From Woeseiaceae bacterium (GTDB taxonomy: Bacteria; Pseudomonadota; Gammaproteobacteria; Steroidobacterales; Woeseiaceae): 64,000 bases of DNA. The position numbers were made by a program, and so were the translations under genes. The notes under the pieces are model-generated. The model ran no database searches. It was not told where the DNA came from and saw only the letters and a program-made list of their open reading frames with translations. The stretch spans positions 63,077 to 127,076 of the forward strand of contig JAOIZZ010000003.1 in assembly GCA_028227395.1 (NCBI GenBank), read 5' to 3'. Within the stretch, counting starts at the first letter, position 1; every line of letters begins with the position of its first letter. Shown one piece after another: positions 9,978 to 18,437 of the stretch.

Positions 9978-10559
9978 TTAATCGGCTGAATTTATCCAAG
10001 AGGGAGGCTCGTAGATAATAATGGTAACCTCATCTCCTTTGTTTATTTTTCCAGTGGTTTCTATTACACCCACAATACCTCTATTTAATTTTGCTGCTTT
10101 TGAGAAGGTGGTGTTTTCAATGGGTTGATTCGATCGATCGCAATGTAACTCAGCAATCTTTTTACCCATCTCCATACAAGGTGGATTATATTCCTCAACG
10201 AGAAGTTCCACGCCCGAGGGAAATTGTAATAAAGTGCCTTTTGGTAAAGCTGATAAATTAGCTATTCCAGAGAGACAAAGATTGGCACCTAATGTGCTCG
10301 CATCGATGGTATTCTCAAGATTCATCGCGGTTTCAATTTCTTTAATTTCTTCTATAGAAACAGCTGACCATTGCCTTTCATTACGTCTTATGGTGCCTTT
10401 TTTTTGCTTGTCACCTGCCCAAGCTACTCGCGTATAACCTCGATGTGAATCTCCTACGATTCCATCGAGTGCTAACTCAATCAAATCTTCCTCGATAGTA
10501 CCAAGGTTATTATTTGATCCAGTGTGGACGGAATGAACATGTGCGGTTAATTTGATCAT
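9978..10559 (-). CDS. MOSC domain-containing protein
   Basis: MOSC-like core (GIVGDSHRGYTR...NLCLSG...LPKGTLLQF...LLVEEYNPPCMEMG). I chose the internal ATG at 10559 (MIKLTAH...). The longer ORF-track version would overlap the divergent SSS gene start. Confidence 0.65.
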   Translation of the reverse strand: MIKLTAHVHSVHTGSNNNLGTIEEDLIELALDGIVGDSHRGYTRVAWAGDKQKKGTIRRNERQWSAVSIEEIKEIETAMNLENTIDASTLGANLCLSGIANLSALPKGTLLQFPSGVELLVEEYNPPCMEMGKKIAELHCDRSNQPIENTTFSKAAKLNRGIVGVIETTGKINKGDEVTIIIYEPPSWINSAD

Positions 10560-10659
10560 TGTTTCACATACTAAAGCGGGCATTGATTTATGACAACAAC
10601 ATAGCATACTGTGAAATCCTATGTAAATATAAGTTAAATTCTGAGGAAGAATTTCTAGT

Positions 10660-12156
10660 ATGAGTAATTTCGTTGCAAACATAGATTATTTGATTATTTT
10701 CCTTTACTTGACCATGTTGGTCAGTATCGGCTTTTACGCTTATAAGCGCGATTCAAGTTATGAGGATTTCATCTTAGCTGGACGCGGAATGACAACACCG
10801 ATGTTAATTTCAACCATGGTATCAACCTATTACGGTCTGGATATTCTCTTTGGCTCATCGGAAATGGCTTTTAATGATGGCTTAATGGCATTTTTTGGCT
10901 ATGCCCTATCAACCCTCGTATTTTATTTATTTATTGCGTTTTATATGGCAGACAAATTACGTTCGGCGAATTTTATCTCTCTCCCTGAAATTCTTGAAAA
11001 AGCTTATGGCAGAAAAACCTCTTCAATTGGAGCGGTGAGTTCAATGGTTTATTGTTTACCCACGACCAGTTTATTTGCATTGGGACGAGTATCTGAGTTT
11101 GTTTTTGGGATTGACGCTCATTATGGTGCTTTTATTTTGGGTGGAATTGCACTGGCTTATACATTACTTGGCGGCTTAAAAGCGGTGGCAATCACCGACA
11201 CTATTCAGTTTTCTCTCATGTGTATTACAGTTGCCGTCGGAGTTCCATTGCTGGTATATGAAGTAGGTGGATTTATATCAATTCAGCAAAGCGTTCCAAC
11301 TGGCCATTTTAAATTATTTGGCACAGTACCGCCTTGGCTATTGATTGCCTATGCATCTTCAAGTCTAGCAGTCCTAATTGATCCTTCTTTGTATCAGCGT
11401 ATTTTTGCAGCACGTAATGCACGTCAAGCTCGCAATGCTATTTTAACTTCAACGGTTATATGGACGACGTTTGATTGGCTGGTCGTGGCCGGCGGTATAG
11501 CAGCATTGGCGGCTGTCACTTCTGGAATCTTATCAAGTGATGTTCATCCAAATGATGCATTTTTAATTGCTGTCACTTATGCGCTACCAATTGGTTTATC
11601 GGGTATATTTCTAGCCGGAGTTCTTGCCACTGCGATGTCAACGATCGATGGTTATACATTGGTGGCGGGCTCTAATATATCCTATGATATGTACCGCCCG
11701 TTAATAAAACCAGATGCCACCGATGCTGATCTCGTGAGGGTAACTAAAATCGGTATCGTTATCGCTTGGACGCTTGGATACGTAGTGGCATTCCAGTTTG
11801 ATCGTATTATGGCTCTACTGATTTTCGTTACTACTGTCATTACATCCACGGTGTTTGTTCCTGTTCTGATGGCGCTATTTCATCGAGGTCGAAAAACCAC
11901 ATTATCAGGATTGCTGAGCTGTGGTGCAGGTCTAGCAAGTGTTCTGACTTTCTATATAGGTATGTCACAGATTGGAGATTATAATGAGCTATGGGGTACT
12001 TATATTTTCTCTTTCTCTGTTGGTGGTTATGATTTTTCAATATGGCAAGAGTATGCTTTATTCTTTTGTCTGCCTATGAGTTTATTGGGATTTTTTATTG
12101 GTAATATTTTTGGCACTAAGTTTATAGAAGCCCCTTTAAGCGGTGAAGCAACATGA
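10660..12156 (+). CDS. sodium:solute symporter (SSS) family transporter
   Basis: 498 aa, highly hydrophobic with about 13 TM segments, and an SSS-like layout. The substrate cannot be read from the sequence. Confidence 0.75.
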   Translation: MSNFVANIDYLIIFLYLTMLVSIGFYAYKRDSSYEDFILAGRGMTTPMLISTMVSTYYGLDILFGSSEMAFNDGLMAFFGYALSTLVFYLFIAFYMADKLRSANFISLPEILEKAYGRKTSSIGAVSSMVYCLPTTSLFALGRVSEFVFGIDAHYGAFILGGIALAYTLLGGLKAVAITDTIQFSLMCITVAVGVPLLVYEVGGFISIQQSVPTGHFKLFGTVPPWLLIAYASSSLAVLIDPSLYQRIFAARNARQARNAILTSTVIWTTFDWLVVAGGIAALAAVTSGILSSDVHPNDAFLIAVTYALPIGLSGIFLAGVLATAMSTIDGYTLVAGSNISYDMYRPLIKPDATDADLVRVTKIGIVIAWTLGYVVAFQFDRIMALLIFVTTVITSTVFVPVLMALFHRGRKTTLSGLLSCGAGLASVLTFYIGMSQIGDYNELWGTYIFSFSVGGYDFSIWQEYALFFCLPMSLLGFFIGNIFGTKFIEAPLSGEAT

Positions 12157-12281
12157 CAGGTTGGGATATATTTACGATTTTTTGTGCAATATTTTTGGGC
12201 TCCAGTGGTTTTATTTTGTTGTTTGTTTTTTTAAGAGATGCATACAGAGATAGAATGGTGAGTAAAAAAAATGTGAAATAA
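12153..12281 (+). CDS. small (42 aa) single-TM protein, possible accessory subunit of the SSS transporter
   Basis: Below the ORF-track size cutoff. The ATG overlaps the SSS stop (ATGA at 12153-12156). Translation: MTGWDIFTIFCAIFLGSSGFILLFVFLRDAYRDRMVSKKNVK, one TM helix plus a basic tail. GGTGA lies about 8 nt upstream. Confidence 0.35.
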   Translation: MTGWDIFTIFCAIFLGSSGFILLFVFLRDAYRDRMVSKKNVK

Positions 12282-12303
12282 GAGATTGTAATAATGCTTA
12301 TAT

Positions 12304-13557
12304 TTATCGATTATTTTTTCTCAAGAGCCAAGTGGCGGCTATGCCAATAAATGCAATAATGGTTAGGAAGATAAAATAATTTTGATGTCCTATTAAGCCT
12401 GGATTTGCATCAAGAATTCTTCCCGAAATAGAGCCAAAAAATATTTCTGGTGTAAAGCCTACGAACGAAACAATACCAATAGTCGTGCCTGTAATTTTTG
12501 CTGGGGTATTAATTTCATGTATAAGCGCAAAATAAATACCTCGAATGGCAAATACTGCAAAGAAAGTTACAAAGATATTCATGTATAAAAAAGTGATCCA
12601 TGGTGCCGAGCCATCCAAGAATATAAGGCTGCTAAAAGAGCATAAGAGCATGCAAAACATCAATAATATAACGCGACTTGCTACCATCCGATCGGCTAGT
12701 ATTCCAGCAAACACGGCCGCAATAGGTCTAGTCAATGAAGCGTATGTAAATAGTGTGGCGGCATCGACCTCATTCATGCCCATTACTTCATAAGCGTATA
12801 AAGCTGTGTTATCGAGACCTTTGTAGGTTGAATAGGCGCAAATAATGATGGCTGCATGCAACCAAACCAAACGGTTTGAGAGGACCTTAGTTAAACTTCT
12901 GAAATCAATTGAGCTTTTTTTGTTAGTGGTATGCACTTGAGATTCAGGAAGAAATTTCCATACCAAGACAGCACCCATAGCGGTTAGTGAAGAATAAAAT
13001 AGTATAATAGAACGAAAACCATTTAATCTTTCACTTGCCGAAGCAAGGTTTATTTGCAGTGGTAAAAAACTAGCAAAAATTATAATTGCAATCGCTGATA
13101 ATAATGAAGCAAGAACACCTCTCCCCCCTTCAAGTAATCCAAAAGCTTTTCCTTGAGTATTATCTCCGCCCCATTCTCTCGTGGCTTTAAGCATTGCTGC
13201 CCAAAATAAAAAAATCGTAGTAATGCCCCAATATCCATATAACAATGTCATTCCGAATAAATCCGGGATGGTACTCATGTATATTCCACCAGATGCTGTC
13301 AGTAACAAAGAAACTGCCATTAATTTTCGCGCCGAAATTTTATCGGCGATGATGCCTCCTAGAAAATAGGAAACCATGGCCATTGAGCCATAGACTGCAA
13401 AGATATCTCCTAAATTGGTATTAGTTAAATTAAATATATCTAAAAAGGTGGGTCGAAAAAAACGTGCTAAATGAAAAGGTAAACTGAACACTAACTCACT
13501 GGCTAAAATCAATATGATTATTTGTGTCGTGCGATGTTTATTTTTAATCATGATCAT
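12304..13557 (-). CDS. MFS transporter
   Basis: 417 aa, about 12 TM segments, MFS-like loop motifs. It is convergent with the SSS gene. Confidence 0.7.
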   Translation of the reverse strand: MIMIKNKHRTTQIIILILASELVFSLPFHLARFFRPTFLDIFNLTNTNLGDIFAVYGSMAMVSYFLGGIIADKISARKLMAVSLLLTASGGIYMSTIPDLFGMTLLYGYWGITTIFLFWAAMLKATREWGGDNTQGKAFGLLEGGRGVLASLLSAIAIIIFASFLPLQINLASASERLNGFRSIILFYSSLTAMGAVLVWKFLPESQVHTTNKKSSIDFRSLTKVLSNRLVWLHAAIIICAYSTYKGLDNTALYAYEVMGMNEVDAATLFTYASLTRPIAAVFAGILADRMVASRVILLMFCMLLCSFSSLIFLDGSAPWITFLYMNIFVTFFAVFAIRGIYFALIHEINTPAKITGTTIGIVSFVGFTPEIFFGSISGRILDANPGLIGHQNYFIFLTIIAFIGIAATWLLRKNNR

Positions 13558-13683
13558 ATTAACAAGAGTATTCTATAAATTTCCTGATAGGTGAAAAATT
13601 TGTGATTTTAATTTTGATCAGCAAAAATTCAGTTGGATTGCTAAAATAATAATTTATTAAGCTTAAGGATAATTATTATTTCT

Positions 13684-14424
13684 GTGATATTCGCATTTTT
13701 TGCTACGGCATTAGTTTATGCTTCTGTCGGTTTCGGGGGTGGCTCGACCTATAACGCCTTATTGATTTTGAGTCAGGTCGATTACAATTTGGTGCCAATT
13801 ATTGCCTTAATATGTAATGTGATCGTCGTGAGTGGTAATTGCTTGAGATACCATAAAAATGATTTGATACCTTGGTCATTTACTTTGCCGGTTATTTTGG
13901 TGTCTATTCCCTTTGCTTTTATGGGCGGTAATATCTTTATTGATGAAGCTCTCTTTATCAAAATCTTGGGTTGGACATTGTTGTTTTCTGGATTGATGAT
14001 GTTTTATAGGCATCAAGAGATTACTTCAGTATCGCCAAAATTAAATAGCTCTATAGGTAAATTTATCAGTATTGTCATCGCAGCTATCTTAGGTTTTCTT
14101 GCTGGTCTAGTGGGTATTGGTGGAGGCATTTTCTTCGCTCCTATGTTGCATATAACCCAGGTCCTCCCAACGAGAAAGATCGCTGCTTTTGCCAGTATTT
14201 TTATTCTGGTTAATTCTGTAGCTGGTCTTATTGGACAATATAATAAGTACGATAACCTTGATATATTGTGGCTTGACAATCAATATATTTGGCTCTTACT
14301 AGCAGTATTTATCGGAGGGCAATTGGGTTCATATATCAGTATCAAAAGAATTAAACCAATTATTTTACGTAGACTAACCGCGGGACTAGTGATTTATGTA
14401 GGATGTAGATTATTATTGATATAA
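13684..14424 (+). CDS. TauE/SafE family sulfite/organosulfonate exporter-like membrane protein
   Basis: 246 aa with a GTG start. The two-repeat membrane protein carries GFGGGSTYNALL and GIGGGIFFAPML motifs, characteristic of TauE/SafE (DUF81). Confidence 0.75.
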   Translation: MIFAFFATALVYASVGFGGGSTYNALLILSQVDYNLVPIIALICNVIVVSGNCLRYHKNDLIPWSFTLPVILVSIPFAFMGGNIFIDEALFIKILGWTLLFSGLMMFYRHQEITSVSPKLNSSIGKFISIVIAAILGFLAGLVGIGGGIFFAPMLHITQVLPTRKIAAFASIFILVNSVAGLIGQYNKYDNLDILWLDNQYIWLLLAVFIGGQLGSYISIKRIKPIILRRLTAGLVIYVGCRLLLI

Positions 14425-14459
14425 GATTAAATGAACGAATGTAATTATAAGAACAGTGC

Positions 14460-15071
14460 TTGAGGTATTCAGTGTCATTAGAAATAAGAAAAATCGTAGT
14501 ACATGATGAAGAAACTCTAATTGAAGGATTTTGTGAAGCAAAAAGTCCCCTCAGAATGTTCGCAGTAGCGGCGGTTATAAAAAACCCATGGTCTGGAAGA
14601 TACGTCGATGATTTAAAACCAGAAATCTTATCTATCGCTCCTCCTTTGGGTGAGGAATTAACTCAAAGAATTATAGAGTTAGCAGGCGGTGGAGAAAAAA
14701 TAGAGGCCTATGGTAAAGCAGCTGTTGTGGGGCTTGACGGAGAAATAGAACACGCCTCTGCCTTGATACATACTTTGCGATTCGGGAATTTTTACAGAGA
14801 GGCAGTAGGAGCGAAAAGTTATTTATCCTTCACGAATACTCGTGGCCCTGCCAATGCATCAATTATGGTTCCGTTGATGGATAAAAATGATGCCGGTCGT
14901 CGTTCTCACTATTTAACCATTCAATTTTCTATTGCAGATGCTCCAAGGGCGGATGAGATTGTAGTTGTTCTAGGGGGCTCAATTGGCGGTCGTCCTCATC
15001 ATCGTATTGGTGATCGCTATCAAGACTTAAAAGATCTCGGTCATGATGTGGAAAACCCTGCCTCGGTATAG
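14460..15071 (+). CDS. 'amino acid synthesis' family protein (AA_synth/DUF1185-type), function unknown
   Basis: 203 aa. EIRKIVV...AVAAVIKNPWSGRYVDDL...YGKAAVVGLDGEIEHASALIH...APRADEIVV...GGRPHHRIG matches the family consensus as I remember it. The start is uncertain (TTG 14460 or GTG 14472). Confidence 0.7.
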   Translation: MRYSVSLEIRKIVVHDEETLIEGFCEAKSPLRMFAVAAVIKNPWSGRYVDDLKPEILSIAPPLGEELTQRIIELAGGGEKIEAYGKAAVVGLDGEIEHASALIHTLRFGNFYREAVGAKSYLSFTNTRGPANASIMVPLMDKNDAGRRSHYLTIQFSIADAPRADEIVVVLGGSIGGRPHHRIGDRYQDLKDLGHDVENPASV

Positions 15072-15855
15072 AACTACCAATAACATTGCCTATTACAAAA
15101 CTGGTAATGGCCCGGCTATTCTTCTGATTCATGGCGTGGGTTTGAGGCTAGAAAGTTGGAATGCCCAAATAAGCATTCTCAGTAAAGAGCACACCGTTTA
15201 TGCCATCGACTTGCCAGGCCACGGAGAAAGTGATCAGTTAATACTAGAATCACCTAATATAAATCTTTATACACAACAAATAAAATTATTTGCCGACGAA
15301 ATAATTACAGGTGCTTTTATAGTGATGGGGCATTCTCTGGGTGCTCTGATCGCGATTCGTTTTGCTCATTTGCACAAAAAATATTGTCTTGGTGTTGTGG
15401 CTTTAAATTGCGTTTATCAACGCACGAAAAAAGCAATGAGTTTCGTCAAATCGCGAGCAACAAAACTTGCTCTAGAGGGCCCTAAAAATATTATTCCTCA
15501 AACAATTGATCGATGGTTTGGAGAAAGTCCATTGGGTTCTAATTTAGAAATAGCTAGTACTTGTAAGCAATGGTTAGAAGCAACAAATACAGACGGTTAT
15601 AGCCATGCTTATAATGCTTTTGCTGATGAAGATGGGGCGGCAGAAAAAATATTGATAATGAATAATTTGCCCATCGCATTTATAACAGGTACGTTAGACT
15701 CAAATTCAACGCCATTAATGAGTCAGGATATGGCGATGATCTCTCCTTTTGGAGTGGTCGAATTAATCCCAGAAGCGGGTCATATGGCACAAATGACTCA
15801 CTCAAAAGAGGTTGGTGAAGTACTGCGATTATTTGCACTGGGCATTAGAAATTAA
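15043..15855 (+). CDS. alpha/beta-fold hydrolase
   Basis: 270 aa. Oxyanion LLIHGVG, nucleophile elbow GHSLGA, C-terminal GHM histidine. It overlaps the upstream gene by 29 nt. Confidence 0.75.
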   Translation: MMWKTLPRYRTTNNIAYYKTGNGPAILLIHGVGLRLESWNAQISILSKEHTVYAIDLPGHGESDQLILESPNINLYTQQIKLFADEIITGAFIVMGHSLGALIAIRFAHLHKKYCLGVVALNCVYQRTKKAMSFVKSRATKLALEGPKNIIPQTIDRWFGESPLGSNLEIASTCKQWLEATNTDGYSHAYNAFADEDGAAEKILIMNNLPIAFITGTLDSNSTPLMSQDMAMISPFGVVELIPEAGHMAQMTHSKEVGEVLRLFALGIRN

Positions 15856-15872
15856 TATAACGAGATAGTTTG

Positions 15873-16910
15873 ATGAAATTTTCACTTTTTGCACATATGG
15901 AACGCACAAGTCAACAGCAATCATATGTTGATTCATACGATGAGTTCTTGGGGTTGTGTCAGCTGGCAGATCAAGGTGGAATGCATGCAATATGGACGGG
16001 CGAACATCATTGTATGGATTTTACTATTGCCCCTAATCCATTTATTAATATCGCTGACTTAGCCAGTAAATTGGATAATGTACGTTTAGGGACAGGCACT
16101 ATTATCGCGCCATTTTGGCACCCAATCAAGCTGGCTGGTGAATCGGCTATGACGGATATAATTACATCGGGAAGACTAGAGCTTGGTATTGCAAGAGGGG
16201 CTTATAGCTATGAATATGAACGTTTAATGCCAGGCATGGATGCTTGGGAGGCCGGTGCTCGCATGCGAGAAATGATACCGGCAATTCAAGGGCTTTGGAG
16301 CGGTAATTATAAGCACGATGGAGAGTATTATAAATTTCCAGAATCAACGTCAACTCCAAAACCAATGCAATCGTCAGGCCCACCTATTTGGATCGCTGCA
16401 AGAGATCCAAATAGTCATGAATTTGCTATAAAAAATAATTGTAATGTTCAGGTCACTCCACTCTGGCAAGGCTATAAGGAAGTAAGAGATTTGATAGCTC
16501 GCTTTAAAGATGCTCAGATTAAATGTCAAAATAAAGCCCAATCAAAAATAATGTTGTTGCAGCATACATTTGTAGCAGGTTCCGATGATGAGATAGATTA
16601 TGCAGCCAAAAAATTCAGTGAGTTTTATGGTCACTTTGGTGCGTGGTTTAAAAATGAAAGACCAGTAGATCAAGCCTTAATGAAAAAATTATCCGTTCCA
16701 GAATTAGAAGTGCTTGATATGTATTCACCTTCCGTTATGAAAGCTAATTTAGCCATCGGTAATTCAACGGATGTGATAAATTTGCTAAAAAAATATGAGG
16801 GGCTCGGCTATGATGAATTTGCTTATTGGATTGATTCAGGAATGAGTTTTGAGCATAAAAAAGCATCTTTAAATAGGTTTATTAACGAAGTTATGCCAGC
16901 TTTTCAATAA
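15873..16910 (+). CDS. LLM-class (luciferase-like) flavin-dependent monooxygenase/oxidoreductase
   Basis: About 345 aa. The N-terminus F.LF....R......Y....EL...AD..G...IWTGEHH and the motifs RLGTGTIIAPFWHP and GRLELGIARG are typical of the LLM family. ATG at 15873; the track's 15870 is a TTG. Confidence 0.8.
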   Translation: MKFSLFAHMERTSQQQSYVDSYDEFLGLCQLADQGGMHAIWTGEHHCMDFTIAPNPFINIADLASKLDNVRLGTGTIIAPFWHPIKLAGESAMTDIITSGRLELGIARGAYSYEYERLMPGMDAWEAGARMREMIPAIQGLWSGNYKHDGEYYKFPESTSTPKPMQSSGPPIWIAARDPNSHEFAIKNNCNVQVTPLWQGYKEVRDLIARFKDAQIKCQNKAQSKIMLLQHTFVAGSDDEIDYAAKKFSEFYGHFGAWFKNERPVDQALMKKLSVPELEVLDMYSPSVMKANLAIGNSTDVINLLKKYEGLGYDEFAYWIDSGMSFEHKKASLNRFINEVMPAFQ

Positions 16911-16927
16911 TCAATGGGTTATGACAT

Positions 16928-18415
16928 ATGACTATTCAGGAAAAAATACCTCATTACCCGCTTTTTATAAACGGCGAATTTGTTGAGGGAGAAAAAAAAG
17001 AAAGTATAGAGAGTATCAACCCTCATACTGGAAAGGCATGGGCAACGTTTGCTGTCGCTAATGATTTTGATGTGAATCGTGCAATATCCATAGCAAAACA
17101 ATCAATGGAAAAAGGCAAGTGGGCAGATATGCTGCCCTCAATGCGTGGTAAATTATTGTGTGCTCTGGCTGATTTAATCGAAAAGCACGCTTCTTTTCTG
17201 GGTGAAATAGAAACCAAGGATAGCGGTAAATTACTTGTCGAGACAGCCACTCAAACAAAATATGTTGCTGATTATTACCGTTATTATGCTGGCTTGGCAG
17301 ACAAAATAGAGGGCGCAACTTTACCGATTGATAAACCGGATATGCATGTTTTCACTACCTGTGAACCGATTGGCGTGGTCGCAGCGATAGTTCCTTGGAA
17401 TGCACAAATGTTCCTTACAGCAACAAAACTAGCTCCGGCACTGGCTGCTGGTTGCGCTATTATTATCAAAGCATCTGAAATTGCCCCATGTGTATTATTG
17501 CATTTTGGGAGACTGATTAAAGAGGCAGGATTTCCAGATGGTGTGGTCTCAATTATCACTGGAGATGCAAAAAGTTGTGCAATTCCATTAACGATACATC
17601 CCGATATTGATCGAATTGCATTTACCGGAGGACCGGAAACTGCTAAACAAATCATTACTAATTCAGCGGAAAATTTTGCTGTTACCACGCTTGAGTTGGG
17701 CGGTAAATCTCCAATAATAATTTTTGAAGATGCAGATATTGATAGCGCAGTTAATGGAATTATCGCTGGAAACTTTGGTGCATCAGGGCAATCTTGTGTT
17801 GCTGGATCAAGAGTGATTGTGCATGAATCAATAAAAAATGACGTTATAGCTAGGCTCATAAAAAAGGCCAACAACATCAAAGTGGGCAGCCCAACAGACC
17901 CAGAGACTCATGTGGGTCCGCTATGTACTGAAAAGCAAATTATATTAATTGAAAACACACTAAAGAAAGCCATTTCACAGAAGGCTAAAATACAATTTGG
18001 TGGAAAGCGAAAACAAAGTGAAGGATATTATTTTGAACCAACATTGGTGGATTGCCCTAATGAATCGATTGCGACACTTGAAGTTGAAATGTTTGGCCCA
18101 GTAATGTCAATGCTGTCTTTCAAGAGCGAAGAAGAGGCGATTGATTTAGCTAATAATAGTTTATACGGGCTTGGCTCAGGTGTATTTACTACTAATTTGG
18201 CTCGCGCACACCGTGTTTCCAAAAAGATTAAGGCAGGTATTTGTTGGATTAATACCTATCGAGCAATTTCACCTATTGCTCCGTTTGGTGGTTATAATCG
18301 ATCGGGTTATGCCAGAGAAGCTGGTATTCAGGCAATAAATGATTACGTGAGGACAAAAACAACTTGGATTAATATATCTGACGAGCCTATGGCTAATCCA
18401 TTTGTTATGCGTTAA
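16928..18415 (+). CDS. NAD(P)+-dependent aldehyde dehydrogenase
   Basis: 495 aa. ALDH signatures VPWNAQM, ELGGKSP (catalytic Glu) and GQSCVAGSR (catalytic Cys). Confidence 0.85.
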   Translation: MTIQEKIPHYPLFINGEFVEGEKKESIESINPHTGKAWATFAVANDFDVNRAISIAKQSMEKGKWADMLPSMRGKLLCALADLIEKHASFLGEIETKDSGKLLVETATQTKYVADYYRYYAGLADKIEGATLPIDKPDMHVFTTCEPIGVVAAIVPWNAQMFLTATKLAPALAAGCAIIIKASEIAPCVLLHFGRLIKEAGFPDGVVSIITGDAKSCAIPLTIHPDIDRIAFTGGPETAKQIITNSAENFAVTTLELGGKSPIIIFEDADIDSAVNGIIAGNFGASGQSCVAGSRVIVHESIKNDVIARLIKKANNIKVGSPTDPETHVGPLCTEKQIILIENTLKKAISQKAKIQFGGKRKQSEGYYFEPTLVDCPNESIATLEVEMFGPVMSMLSFKSEEEAIDLANNSLYGLGSGVFTTNLARAHRVSKKIKAGICWINTYRAISPIAPFGGYNRSGYAREAGIQAINDYVRTKTTWINISDEPMANPFVMR

Positions 18416-18437
18416 TTGAGACAACAGTGCCATGGCC

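Noticed and set aside
17284-17880. 198-aa minus-strand ORF, and similar long antisense ORFs (38807-39298, 37159-37521, 28271-28624, 54529-54861, 33829-34146)
   Set aside because: Each is fully embedded antisense in a gene with strong family signatures (ALDH, DMGDH, dioxygenase, TBDR, DUF3604, corrinoid protein). Their compositions are low-complexity or odd. I treat them as frame shadows, not genes.
18416-18437. GCCATGGC palindrome between the convergent ALDH and BCCT genes as a bidirectional terminator
   Set aside because: It is only an 8-bp self-complementary site with no loop and no flanking T/A runs, so it cannot form a meaningful hairpin.
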